DNA of 64,000 bases from assembly GCA_044224925.1 (NCBI GenBank), contig JBGAJM010000003.1:259855-323854 (forward strand). The letters run 5' to 3'. The position numbers and the translations under genes were made by a program. This stretch comes from Candidatus Kapaibacterium sp. Lineage in GTDB: Bacteria > Bacteroidota > Ignavibacteria > Kapaibacteriales > Kapaibacteriaceae. Numbering within the stretch: the first letter of the stretch is position 1; each line of letters begins with the position of its first letter. Positions 21,441-31,440 of the stretch are shown piece after piece. The notes under the pieces are model-generated. The model searched no databases, was not told the origin of the DNA, and saw nothing but the letters and a program-made list of their open reading frames with translations.

Positions 21441-22577
21441 ATGCTCTTACCAGTCTACTCCCTCCTCCCTCTCCACCTTACCCGTGGCTCCGGCAGCACG
21501 GTATGGGATGTGCATGGCACGCCGTACTTGGACTTGTATGGCGGACATGCGGTGATCTCCATCGGACATTCGCATCCGGACTACGTGAAGGCGATCACCG
21601 AACAGGTGGGACGGTTGGGATTCTATTCGAACTCTGTGCATCTCGACATTCAAGACGAACTCGCCACAGCGTTGGGTCGTGTTGCCGGCTACCCCGACTA
21701 CAAGCTCTTCCTCTGCAACAGTGGCGCAGAGGCCAATGAGAACGCGTTGAAGCTTGCATCGTTCGTCACCGGCAGGTCGCGCGTGATCTCCTTCCGCGGC
21801 GCCTTCCACGGCCGCACGTCGCTTGCTGTTGCGGCCACCGACAACCCTCGCATCGTCGCACCGGTGAACAGCACCAATGCGGTGACGTTCGTCCCGCTCA
21901 ACGATGCCGATGCTGTGCGTGCAGAACTCGAACGCGGCGATGTGGCCGCTGTCATCATCGAAGGCATTCAAGGTGTGGCAGGTATCCATCTTCCCACCGA
22001 CGCATTTCTTCAACAGCTTGCGGCCTTGTGCACCGAGTATGGCGCCTTGCTTGTGCTCGACGAAGTGCAGAGTGGTGTTGGTCGGACCGGACAGTTCTTC
22101 GCGCATCAACATGCCGGCATCCGTCCACCGCTCATCACCATGGCCAAGGGTCTTGGCAACGGATTTCCCATTGGTGGTGTGCTCGTGCATCCCGACATCG
22201 ACGTGTGGATCGGCGAGCTGGGCACCACCTTCGGCGGCAACCCGCTTGCATGCGCCGCGGCTCTCTCGGTGCTGCGTGTGATCGACCACTGCGAGCTCAT
22301 CGAGCGTGCAGGTCGCGTTGGCACTCGCATCATGCAACGCTATGCCGGGGTGGAAGGTGTGAAGGCGGTACGGGGCAGGGGACTCATGATCGGCATCGAT
22401 CTCGAAGAACCATGCGAGCCCACACGTACCGCACTCTGGAAAGAACATCGCATCCTTACCGGCAATGCGTCATCGAAAGAGACCATTCGTATCCTTCCCG
22501 CCCTCACGATCGCCGAAGACGCCCTCGATCGGTCAGCAGAGGCACTCCAACTCGCACTCGCACAGGAGACGGCATGA
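21441..22577 (+). CDS. argD: acetylornithine/succinylornithine aminotransferase
   Basis: class-III PLP aminotransferase; ATG 21441 inside ORF 21426..22577. Confidence 0.9.
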   Translation: MLLPVYSLLPLHLTRGSGSTVWDVHGTPYLDLYGGHAVISIGHSHPDYVKAITEQVGRLGFYSNSVHLDIQDELATALGRVAGYPDYKLFLCNSGAEANENALKLASFVTGRSRVISFRGAFHGRTSLAVAATDNPRIVAPVNSTNAVTFVPLNDADAVRAELERGDVAAVIIEGIQGVAGIHLPTDAFLQQLAALCTEYGALLVLDEVQSGVGRTGQFFAHQHAGIRPPLITMAKGLGNGFPIGGVLVHPDIDVWIGELGTTFGGNPLACAAALSVLRVIDHCELIERAGRVGTRIMQRYAGVEGVKAVRGRGLMIGIDLEEPCEPTRTALWKEHRILTGNASSKETIRILPALTIAEDALDRSAEALQLALAQETA

Positions 22578-23524
22578 AGCGGTTCACCGATGTTCACAGT
22601 CTGCACGCATTGCCGGATGCATTGCAAGAAGCGCTTGCCCTCAAGGCCGACCCATGGGCGCATGCATCGTTCGGTGCGCGCAAGACATTGGGTCTGCTCT
22701 TCATGAACCCATCCCTGCGCACGCGCATGAGCACGCAGAAGGCCGCCGCACTCTTGGGTATGGATGTGATGGTGCTCAATGCGGGAAGCGATTCGTGGAC
22801 GTTGGAAACGCGTGATGGAGTGGTGATGGATGGTGGTGCTACGGAGCACATCAAGGAGGCCGCTGCCGTCATGGGTCAGTACTGCGATATCCTTGGCGTG
22901 CGCACGTTCGCCGGACTGCAGGATCGCGACGCCGATTATCGCGAAGACGTGATGGAGAGCTTCATTCGCTATGCGGGTGTGCCCGTGATCTCGCTTGAGA
23001 GCGCAACACGTCACCCATTGCAGAGCTTTGCCGATCTCATCACCATCGAGACCACAAAGAGAGTCGCACGTCCACGCGTCGTCCTCACATGGGCACCGCA
23101 TCCCAAGGCGCTTCCACAGGCCGTTGCGAATTCATTCGTCGAATGGATGCGTCATGCCGAGGTGGACCTTGTCGTCACGCATCCACATGGCTATGAGCTC
23201 GCGCCGGAATTCGTCGATGGTGTGCATGTGGAGTATGATCAGGATGCAGCGCTCGACGGAGCCGACTACGTGTATGCGAAGAATTGGTCGAGCTATACAT
23301 CGTACGGACAGATCCTCTCCAGCGATCGTTCGTGGACCGTTACGGAAGAGAAGATGCGCCGCACCAACAATGCGCGCTTCATGCACTGTCTGCCCGTTCG
23401 ACGCAACATGATCGTCACGGACGGTGTGTTGGATGGTCCGTCCTCCATCGTGATCGAGCAGGCCGGCAATCGCGTCGTCAGCGCACAGACCGTGCTCCTG
23501 CAGATGCTCAAGGCAATGCCATGA
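22574..23524 (+). CDS. argF': N-acyl-L-ornithine carbamoyltransferase (argF'-type)
   Basis: FMNPSLRTRMS (STRTR-like) carbamoyl-phosphate motif, HCLP motif; ATG overlaps the argD stop; C-terminal part of ORF 22028..23524. Confidence 0.8.
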   Translation: MKRFTDVHSLHALPDALQEALALKADPWAHASFGARKTLGLLFMNPSLRTRMSTQKAAALLGMDVMVLNAGSDSWTLETRDGVVMDGGATEHIKEAAAVMGQYCDILGVRTFAGLQDRDADYREDVMESFIRYAGVPVISLESATRHPLQSFADLITIETTKRVARPRVVLTWAPHPKALPQAVANSFVEWMRHAEVDLVVTHPHGYELAPEFVDGVHVEYDQDAALDGADYVYAKNWSSYTSYGQILSSDRSWTVTEEKMRRTNNARFMHCLPVRRNMIVTDGVLDGPSSIVIEQAGNRVVSAQTVLLQMLKAMP

Positions 23525-24297
23525 CGAAGCTCCGCGTGATCAAGATCGGCGGCAACGTCATCGACAACGATGTTGTGTTGCAGCACGTCCTCGACGACGT
23601 TGCCCGCATCAGCGAGCCGTTCATCCTCGTCCACGGCGGTGGTGCCATTGCAACAGAACTCAATGCGCGACTCGGCATTCCTACGACGATGGTAGACGGC
23701 CGACGCATCACCGATGCCGATACATTGCGCACGGTGACCATGGTCTATGCCGGTCTCATCAACAAGTCACTCGTTGCATCACTGCATGCACGCGCTTGCA
23801 CGGCCATGGGCCTCTGTGGTGCCGACGCCAACATCGTCCTCTCCACAAAGCGCGGCACCGTCGAGCGCGACTACGGTTTCGTAGGTGATGTGGTCAACGT
23901 CAACGCTACGGCATTGCAAACGTTGCTGCAGCTCGTGCACTGTGTGGTGGTCGCGCCCATCACGCACGATGGACGTGGACAGCTCTTGAACACCAATGCA
24001 GACACGATGGCCGCAGAGATCGCCGCGGCTCTGTGCGCACACACGTCCGTGGAGCTCACCTATGTCTTCGATCATCCCGGTGTGTTGCGATCCATCGAAG
24101 ATCCCGCATCGGTGATCGCGGAGCTCGCACGTGCCGACGTGGACGCGCTCACAGCCTCGGGTATCATTAGCAAGGGCATGGTGCCAAAGATCGACAATGC
24201 CATGCGCGCAGCAGCGGCAGGCGCAGAGGTGCGCATCTGCGGTCCATCCGACATACACACCAACGCCGGCACACGGATACGGACAGACCATGCTTGA
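23521..24297 (+). CDS. argB: acetylglutamate kinase
   Basis: amino-acid kinase fold, VIKIGGNVI...LVHGGG. Confidence 0.9.
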   Translation: MTKLRVIKIGGNVIDNDVVLQHVLDDVARISEPFILVHGGGAIATELNARLGIPTTMVDGRRITDADTLRTVTMVYAGLINKSLVASLHARACTAMGLCGADANIVLSTKRGTVERDYGFVGDVVNVNATALQTLLQLVHCVVVAPITHDGRGQLLNTNADTMAAEIAAALCAHTSVELTYVFDHPGVLRSIEDPASVIAELARADVDALTASGIISKGMVPKIDNAMRAAAAGAEVRICGPSDIHTNAGTRIRTDHA

Positions 24298-25360
24298 CGA
24301 ACGCTCCACAGAGGCCATTCTTCTCCTGCAGCGCCTCATCGCAACGCAGTCATTCAGTCGCGAAGAACACCACACGGCCGACATCCTGCAAGCATACCTT
24401 GCAGAGAAGGGCGTTGTCACCGAACGTCATCTCAACAACGTGGTCGCATGGCACAGGCCCGCGTCGAATCCTGATGCGCCCGTGTTGCTCTTGAACTCGC
24501 ATCACGATACCGTCAAGCCCGGTGCATCGTGGACGCGCGATCCCTTCGCACCCACCATCGAAGATGATGTGCTCTATGGTCTTGGTTCCAACGATGCCGG
24601 CGGCGCGCTCGTGACCATGCTCACGGCCTTCCTGCATCTCCGTCAGTTCCCGGATCTTCCGTACACCATCTGCTTTGCCGCAACGGCAGAAGAAGAGATC
24701 AGTGGCGACAATGGCATGGCCTATCTCGTCCGCGAGAACCTGCTTGGAGATCTGCACCTCGCCCTCGTTGGCGAGCCAACACAGATGAACATGGCCGTTG
24801 CCGAAAAAGGCCTCATGGTCCTGGACTGCACAGCGCATGGCGTTACCGGTCATGCCGCACGCAACGAAGGCGACAATGCCATCTACACGGCCATGAACGA
24901 CATTCGCTGGATGCGCACCTATTCCTTCGAACGCGTCAGTCCCATTCTTGGCTCCATCAAGATGACCGTCACACAGATCTCGTCCGGTTCGCAGCACAAC
25001 GTGGTGCCGGATCGTTGCGAGTTCGTCGTCGACGTACGCACCACCGAGGTCTACACCAACGACGAAGTGCTCACCATCATTCGCGACCACGTCAAATCCG
25101 ACGTGCATCCGCGCTCGATGCGTCTGCACCCATCATCCATTGCCAGCGATCATCCGCTCGTACAGGCAGGCGTGCGCCTGGGTCTTGGCACCTATGGCAG
25201 TCCGACCATGTCGGACCAGTCCCTCCTTCCCGCCATCCCATCCCTCAAGATCGGTCCCGGCGATTCCGCGCGTTCGCACACACCCAACGAATACATCACG
25301 CTCAGCGAGATCCATCACGGCATCACCACGCTGATCGCGCTTCTGGAGGCATTCCTATGA
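24290..25360 (+). CDS. argE: M20-family N-acyl-ornithine deacylase (ArgE-like)
   Basis: M20 peptidase motifs (LLLNSHHDTV, GSNDAGG); ATG 24290 overlaps argB by 8 nt. Confidence 0.8.
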   Translation: MLDERSTEAILLLQRLIATQSFSREEHHTADILQAYLAEKGVVTERHLNNVVAWHRPASNPDAPVLLLNSHHDTVKPGASWTRDPFAPTIEDDVLYGLGSNDAGGALVTMLTAFLHLRQFPDLPYTICFAATAEEEISGDNGMAYLVRENLLGDLHLALVGEPTQMNMAVAEKGLMVLDCTAHGVTGHAARNEGDNAIYTAMNDIRWMRTYSFERVSPILGSIKMTVTQISSGSQHNVVPDRCEFVVDVRTTEVYTNDEVLTIIRDHVKSDVHPRSMRLHPSSIASDHPLVQAGVRLGLGTYGSPTMSDQSLLPAIPSLKIGPGDSARSHTPNEYITLSEIHHGITTLIALLEAFL

Positions 25361-26649
25361 ATCTGTGGGACAAGGGCACATCGGTCGACGCCCTCATGCA
25401 AGAGTTCACCGTTGGCAACGACCGCGCCATGGATGCACGCCTTGCGCGGTGGGACGTTGTTGGAAGCATTGCCCATGTGGGCATGCTGGCAGAGGTGGGA
25501 TTGTTGGGCAAGGAGGAAGGGGAACTGCTGGTGCACGAACTCAGCGCCATTCTTCGCGATATCGATGAACACGGCATTGTGATCGATGAGCAGGCAGAGG
25601 ACATTCATTCGCACATCGAAGCAGAGCTCACTGCGCGCCTTGGCGACGTGGGCAAGAAGATCCACATTGCGCGCTCGCGCAACGATCAAGTGTTGGTAGA
25701 TCTCAAGCTCTTCCTCCGTCATGAACTTCGCACGGCACGTCGTGGTGTGCACGAGCTCGTTGGCATGTTGCTCGAACAGGCCGACGCCTACCGCAACGTA
25801 TTACTTCCGGGATACACGCACTATCAAGTTGCCATGCCCTCGTCCTTCGGTCTGTGGTTTGGCGGACATGCCGAAGCACTCCTTGAAGATCTGCGCGTGC
25901 TCGACATGGCCATCGACGCGGCCAACGCCAATCCGCTGGGTTCGGCGGCCGGCTATGGTTCATCGTTTCCCATCGATCGCGAGCTCACCACGCGTGCGCT
26001 CAACTTCGATCGCATGCATATCACGAGCACGTTTGCGCAAGCATCGCGCGGACGCACCGAGCGCCTTGCCGCCATGGCCCTTGCCCAAGTGGCATCAAGC
26101 ATGGCGCGCGTTGCAACAGACGTTGTGCTGTTCATGAGTCAGAACTTCGGCTTCGTGACGTTGCCCGATGCGCTTACGACAGGATCGAGCATCATGCCGC
26201 ACAAGAAGAACCCCGACGTCTTCGAGGTCTTGCGTGCGCGGTGCAATCGTTTGCAGTCGTTGCCGGTCGAGATCGGCTTCATGACGTCGAATCTTCCGAG
26301 CGGCTATCATCGCGACATGCAGTTCATCAAGGACCGCATCATCCCGGCTATCGACGAGTTCGCCTTGTGCGTGCGCATCATGCAGCACGTGGTGCCGCAG
26401 ATCACGCCAACGCTCAACATCATGGACGATCCGCGCTATCGCTATGCGTACAGCGTCGACCACGTTCACGCCCTCGTCATGCAAGGCCACACCTTCCGCG
26501 ACGCCTACCGTATGGTCGCGCAACAGATCGCCGATGGCACCTTTGAACCCCGCAACGTCACCTTGCCACCGAACACTACACCTCACATCGGCAGCATCGA
26601 AGAGCCCGGTCTCTCGCTCTTGCGAGAGCGCTGGAAGCAAGCGCTGTAG
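25357..26649 (+). CDS. argH: argininosuccinate lyase
   Basis: fumarate-lyase signature GSSIMPHKKNPD; ATG overlaps the argE stop. Confidence 0.93.
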   Translation: MNLWDKGTSVDALMQEFTVGNDRAMDARLARWDVVGSIAHVGMLAEVGLLGKEEGELLVHELSAILRDIDEHGIVIDEQAEDIHSHIEAELTARLGDVGKKIHIARSRNDQVLVDLKLFLRHELRTARRGVHELVGMLLEQADAYRNVLLPGYTHYQVAMPSSFGLWFGGHAEALLEDLRVLDMAIDAANANPLGSAAGYGSSFPIDRELTTRALNFDRMHITSTFAQASRGRTERLAAMALAQVASSMARVATDVVLFMSQNFGFVTLPDALTTGSSIMPHKKNPDVFEVLRARCNRLQSLPVEIGFMTSNLPSGYHRDMQFIKDRIIPAIDEFALCVRIMQHVVPQITPTLNIMDDPRYRYAYSVDHVHALVMQGHTFRDAYRMVAQQIADGTFEPRNVTLPPNTTPHIGSIEEPGLSLLRERWKQAL

Positions 26650-26652
26650 AGT

Positions 26653-27060
26653 TTACCGTGGCTGTATCCGTGCGCGTGTAGCACGACCCCATGCAACGAA
26701 GGCGGCGATTGCGGCCAGAATGACGTTCATGCCGATCATCGAGAACTCACCCCGTGTCGCATGGAAGATGGCTGCAAGGATCTGGACGGTTACGAGTCCG
26801 GCGGCCGCCGCAACGGAGAGCATGGGCATCCGACGCAGGGCAGACGGGAGAAGAATGCCGATGGCGCCAAGCAACTCACTGAGTCCAATGAACCGCACCA
26901 TGCCTTCGGGCATCGCGGTGACCCATGGCCGCATCGGTGCCAATGCGTCGATCGGCTGAAAGAGCTTGGTGCTGCCCGCCATGCAGAACATGGCGGCGAG
27001 GACCACTTGCGCGATCCACAGAGAAATGGAGAGACCTTTTGACGGTTGGGCTGATGTCAT
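26653..27060 (-). CDS. DoxX-family membrane protein
   Basis: 4-TM DoxX-like sequence; preferred ATG start at 27060 (ORF track extends to a GTG at 27096). Confidence 0.75.
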   Translation of the reverse strand: MTSAQPSKGLSISLWIAQVVLAAMFCMAGSTKLFQPIDALAPMRPWVTAMPEGMVRFIGLSELLGAIGILLPSALRRMPMLSVAAAAGLVTVQILAAIFHATRGEFSMIGMNVILAAIAAFVAWGRATRARIQPR

Positions 27061-27125
27061 GACCGCTGACCATGGAGAAGTGTGAACGAATGACACAAAC
27101 TTCAGCCATGCCGCCTTGACCTCTG

Positions 27126-27139
27126 TTGATATAGATCAA
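27126..27139. promoter_or_regulatory. FNR/CRP-type palindromic box TTGAT-ATAG-ATCAA
   Basis: exact match to the TTGAT-N4-ATCAA consensus, with an extra ATCAA half-site at 27143-27147; lies between the Crp/Fnr regulator stop (27144) and the doxX start. Confidence 0.55.
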
Positions 27140-27143
27140 AAAA

Positions 27144-27737
27144 TCAACGTCGGATCCTGCTCAGCGTCTCCTTCGTCATCCCGAGGAACGAAGCGATCAC
27201 CTGCAGCGGAAAGCGCTGCAGAAAGGCGGGATAGGTCTCTACGAACCATTGATATCGCTCCTCGGCCGTGAGCGCCTGCGTCGTATGCACGCGTTTCAGG
27301 AGCTGGAATGAGTGCCGCACTGTGAGAGTATTCATGTGCTCTACTACAAACGACTGCTTCTCCATGTGCTTATGGAAATCACTCTTGCCTACTACCAGCA
27401 ACTCACAGTCTTCCAGCGCCTCAATGTAGTACGGCGTAGGCTGACCGGTAGTGAAGCTCTCTCGATCTCCTACCCACCAATCTTCCATGAACAGACCGAT
27501 CACATGCTCTTTGCCACGCTCATCGAGGGTGTATTGCTTGAACGCACCCCGGGTCACAAACGCCGCTTCCGTGCACACGATGCCGGGTTCAATGAAGAAT
27601 GCATGCTTCCGGATGCTTCGTGGTTTGAAGACATCAGCGAGCAGACTCCGCTCACCATCGGTGAGCGGAGTGCTACGTCGTTTGTCCATGTGATCGAAGA
27701 GTGCCTCGTGCATCCGTCCGTGAACCTTACCGTGCAA
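27144..27737 (-). CDS. Crp/Fnr-family transcriptional regulator (cNMP-binding plus HTH)
   Basis: cNMP-binding beta-roll followed by C-terminal HTH (LQVIASFLGMTKETLSRIRR); overlaps the upstream giant gene by 11 nt. Confidence 0.8.
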   Translation of the reverse strand: MHGKVHGRMHEALFDHMDKRRSTPLTDGERSLLADVFKPRSIRKHAFFIEPGIVCTEAAFVTRGAFKQYTLDERGKEHVIGLFMEDWWVGDRESFTTGQPTPYYIEALEDCELLVVGKSDFHKHMEKQSFVVEHMNTLTVRHSFQLLKRVHTTQALTAEERYQWFVETYPAFLQRFPLQVIASFLGMTKETLSRIRR

Positions 27738-30700
27738 TGATGAGCGGCACGCTGATCGTGCCTTGCTCGGATTCCATCACGATGCGATAGGAGCCCGATG
27801 GATACGATGCAATGTCGACGATGATGACGTTGTCGCCACTGGCATAGGTCTGCGGCAAGGCGGCATGGATGACCTTGCCGGCCGCGTCGATGATGCGAAG
27901 CGTCATGTTCAGTTGTGCATCGGTATGCAGTGTGCACGACGTTGTGGTGACGGCCGGGTTGGGCACGGGCGCTGAAACACGTATGCCGTAGACTGGTCTG
28001 CCATTGTCGTCCTGGGCGATCGACGTGACAGGCGCGCTGACCACTACATCGCCTTCGGCGATGACCGTGCCCACGGAATCATACGTGCTGTATCCAAGAT
28101 GCAGTTTGCCATTGCCGGCGCCGCTTGCCGTGAGATAGATGGGACGGATGTGTGCACCCGGACGAACGACGGAGTTGTCGCTTACGTCGGCAGGCACAAG
28201 TCGCGTGGCCGAGTCGCCACCATCCGGACGGAACATCACTTCGCGGTCGCTACTGAACGGACCCGCTGCAAGAATGCGCGCACTGTCGAGCGCTGTGATG
28301 CGCACGCGATGCACCGTCGACTTGCTTTCATTGCCTGCAAAGAAGTGCAAGGCATACGTGTGCACATTGGTGGGCATCGGTGTGATGTTGTCGGCATCGA
28401 GTACGTCGCCCTTCCGCCCTGCCGCCGTACTGCCGACCACGACAAAGTCGGCCTCGGACGAGTCGGACGTTTCCACATCCTCCACGTCGAGCATCACATA
28501 GAACTTCACGCGGTCCAGCTTGGCATCGTTCACAAGATCGAGTGCGATCGTTGTTGATGCACCGGCCGAAACACCAGGAAGCGTTGCCATGTTATCGCGA
28601 ACAGTACCGCCTTGTGCCTTCGTGATCGTGATGCCGCCTTCGGCCGCAATGCGAATGCGTGTGATGCGATAGAGCGCATCGCGCGGTGTAATGGTGATCG
28701 ATGCAGAGGTCTGCGATGCCATCGTGGCCGAGACCATAGATGACGGTGTTGGCTCGAGTGATTCGACAACCTCGCCGCTCTTCTGCTCCATTCCCTTCAC
28801 CGTGGTTGCGGTCAGCACCGATGCATCGATGAACATGCGCTTGCGGATGATCGTGTAGCACAGTGTGGTATCGCAGGTGCGACAGGTCGTGTCCGTGAAT
28901 TCATACCGTACACACATGCGCACGGTATCTCTGCAGTTCAGGCCACTTGGGGGAGGCGGCAAGGCAACAGCGAGCGTGATGGCCGTGTTCGCAAGTGGTA
29001 CGCCACCCGGCACGTCGCCGAAGATGGCCGACGTAGAGGCCGGCGTGAAGGATGGTGACGGGAAGCCAGTGATAGAGCCACCGGAGAAGGTGGCGGGGAC
29101 GTTCACACGACCAAGTGGTGCGCATGTTGATGAGACGAAGGCGCGTTCGATCGTGGCGCGTACAGAGCGGAACGGACCGGGGTTGACGGTGAACAACGAC
29201 GTGATGCCGATGCCCGACGATGTCTGCTTGGTGCGCGGTTCCTTGACACCAACACGAAGATCGTCGCAGCACGATGCGCACCGCGGAAGATCGATGCATG
29301 CCGAAGCCGACTCGCACGAACTCAGATAACCACTTGGTTGCGTTGCTGAACCGTGAGGCGCAAAGGCCAGACAGCTTGTGAGTTGTGTGGCCGATGTGAT
29401 GGTCACGGTCACGCACTGCTGTGGCGACGTGGCGCCGTAGGCCAATGGTGTGAGCGTGATCGTGGACGGACTCACGGTACCGCCATTCGTTGGAGAGATG
29501 GTGACCGATGTGATGGGGATGCCGAAGGCTGCGCTGGCCGTGCTTGTGTTCTTGACCGAGAAGCAATAGCGGAACGTGCGTGCCGTGGCCGATTCAGAAA
29601 GGCAACTGATGGTTGGCTCAATGATCTGAATGCATGGTGTTGGCGGTGTGCCTTGCTGGAATTTGCAATCCACTTGTACGGTGTCCTTACAGAAGCGACC
29701 GTCCACCGGCGATTGTGCCGTGATCACGATGAAGTACGGTCCGGGCGCCGACGTGGTGAAGCATGCCTGCAATCCCGTCATCACGCCTGTTCCCACGAAC
29801 GGTGTGAGCGGTGTATAGATAGCGCCGGTACCTGCAAGGGTTGCCGACCAGCCGCTGACGGCCGATGCCGATGTGAAGACAAGGTTCGTTCCAAGCGGGG
29901 TGGCGAGGATCGACGTGAACGTTGCGGCCATGGTATTGGCGATCGTGAAGGTCGCACAGCATCCGGTGTTCGTTCCTGTTTGCTGCATCTGGGCTGTGAC
30001 CGTCACGTCTTGACATTCGAGCGGCATGGGTGGACAGACAAGGCGCATCACATCGATGTCGCCCGTCAGATACATGCCTGTCGATGCAGTGGTCGACGTG
30101 ATGTTGTCTGCATCGATCAACACGGACGAGGCTGCAGTGCCACCGGTAGCGCTCATACCTTGCCACCCTGAGATCGCATCGCTATGCAATGTGTAGATGC
30201 CATTGTGGATCTCGTCCGCTCCGCCCCATACCAACTGGTCCATACCTGTTGGCTGATTGTTGATCGTGCTCCAACCCGAGAAACACCAGTCGCATCCACC
30301 GGTGGCGCTCGTCTTTCTATCGAGCGGCGTTGTGCCCTGATAGGCAATGCCTGCACCCAGCTCGTAGTTCGTGGTGCTCACCGACCATGTGCCCGAGAAA
30401 TCGGCGCGATACATCTTGGCGCCAAAGGGGAAGAGGGCATAGATCGTGATGGGCGATGTGAACTTCGACGATTGGATCAGCAGCAGTTGACCGGCTGCAT
30501 TGAACTCCATATCGGTGATGGGGTCAGGCGGCGCGGTGGCAGGGAGCGAGAAGCAGAATTGTGCGATTCCCGTGAAATTCCCGGCAGCGTCGATATTCAC
30601 TTTCCAGACGGAGGTCTGCGGTCCACTCGGATTCGCCAGATCGCGCGACCACACGGCGAAGTACACTGCATTCGCACGATAGGCAATGCCCCAAAGGCGC

Positions 30701-31347
30701 TCTCCGAGGGGAGCGAGGCCGGGTGTACCTCCATCAGGGAGGAAGGGATCGAAAGTGCTGAGGACGGCGCCAAGGTTCTTGTCGACGCGATAGATCTTGC
30801 CATCATCGAGGTTTGTCGTGAAGACCTGTCCGCCATTATGGTCGGGATCGAAACAAATATTCCCGAGCGATGGCGTGTTGAATCCGTTCGGATAGGTGGC
30901 ATTCGGTCCGGCGCATGGAAGCGAGATCGAATAATCGATGTTGCCCGTGATGCCGTTGATCTTATAGATGCCACCCGGTCCGGCCGGACCCCACGGATAC
31001 GGGATCTGTCCGTTATGTCCACCATACTGCATCGTGGCCGTCACATAGATATTGCCCACGCAATCGAGGGCGATCCCAAAGATCTCGCCCAGATGCTGCG
31101 CCGTCCACGTCGGATGATGGTACTGCGGCACGGTGGCCCAGTTCACCGCATAGGGCTGTGCGCCAACGGTGCGCAGATCGTAGGCCGTGAGCACATAGCC
31201 GTTCGGGTTCTCCGATGTGTAGGCCGTGCCCGAGAACTTCGTGGCGACGGCAACGCCGGTGGACATGGGCCAGGGCTGTGTGAAGGTGGGGAGGGTGGCC
31301 GCGAGAAAAAGGATCGCGGCGGCGGCAAGTCGGATCGAATGGTTCAT
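27727..31347 (-). CDS. 1206-aa secreted surface protein with T9SS C-terminal sorting domain
   Basis: signal peptide MNHSIRLAAAAILFLAATLPTFTQ; Cys-rich modules; C-terminus ...IIVDIASYPSGSYRIVMESEQGTISVPLIIAR typical of T9SS CTD. Confidence 0.8.
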   Translation of the reverse strand: MNHSIRLAAAAILFLAATLPTFTQPWPMSTGVAVATKFSGTAYTSENPNGYVLTAYDLRTVGAQPYAVNWATVPQYHHPTWTAQHLGEIFGIALDCVGNIYVTATMQYGGHNGQIPYPWGPAGPGGIYKINGITGNIDYSISLPCAGPNATYPNGFNTPSLGNICFDPDHNGGQVFTTNLDDGKIYRVDKNLGAVLSTFDPFLPDGGTPGLAPLGERLWGIAYRANAVYFAVWSRDLANPSGPQTSVWKVNIDAAGNFTGIAQFCFSLPATAPPDPITDMEFNAAGQLLLIQSSKFTSPITIYALFPFGAKMYRADFSGTWSVSTTNYELGAGIAYQGTTPLDRKTSATGGCDWCFSGWSTINNQPTGMDQLVWGGADEIHNGIYTLHSDAISGWQGMSATGGTAASSVLIDADNITSTTASTGMYLTGDIDVMRLVCPPMPLECQDVTVTAQMQQTGTNTGCCATFTIANTMAATFTSILATPLGTNLVFTSASAVSGWSATLAGTGAIYTPLTPFVGTGVMTGLQACFTTSAPGPYFIVITAQSPVDGRFCKDTVQVDCKFQQGTPPTPCIQIIEPTISCLSESATARTFRYCFSVKNTSTASAAFGIPITSVTISPTNGGTVSPSTITLTPLAYGATSPQQCVTVTITSATQLTSCLAFAPHGSATQPSGYLSSCESASACIDLPRCASCCDDLRVGVKEPRTKQTSSGIGITSLFTVNPGPFRSVRATIERAFVSSTCAPLGRVNVPATFSGGSITGFPSPSFTPASTSAIFGDVPGGVPLANTAITLAVALPPPPSGLNCRDTVRMCVRYEFTDTTCRTCDTTLCYTIIRKRMFIDASVLTATTVKGMEQKSGEVVESLEPTPSSMVSATMASQTSASITITPRDALYRITRIRIAAEGGITITKAQGGTVRDNMATLPGVSAGASTTIALDLVNDAKLDRVKFYVMLDVEDVETSDSSEADFVVVGSTAAGRKGDVLDADNITPMPTNVHTYALHFFAGNESKSTVHRVRITALDSARILAAGPFSSDREVMFRPDGGDSATRLVPADVSDNSVVRPGAHIRPIYLTASGAGNGKLHLGYSTYDSVGTVIAEGDVVVSAPVTSIAQDDNGRPVYGIRVSAPVPNPAVTTTSCTLHTDAQLNMTLRIIDAAGKVIHAALPQTYASGDNVIIVDIASYPSGSYRIVMESEQGTISVPLIIAR

Positions 31348-31440
31348 TCGAACCCCCTAGGAAGAAATCAGAAGAAGTGAAGGCGTAACATACTCATTGA
31401 GTGACAAGTGACAAGTGACAAGTGACAAGTGACGAGCTTC
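31348..31440 (-). promoter_or_regulatory. leader module A: (GTGACAA)x5 heptanucleotide tandem repeat (31401-31435) plus conserved 5' leader of the T9SS giant gene
   Basis: gtgacaagtgacaagtgacaagtgacaagtgacga; ~80% identical over ~100 bp to modules at 32.77 and 36.53 kb. Confidence 0.9.
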
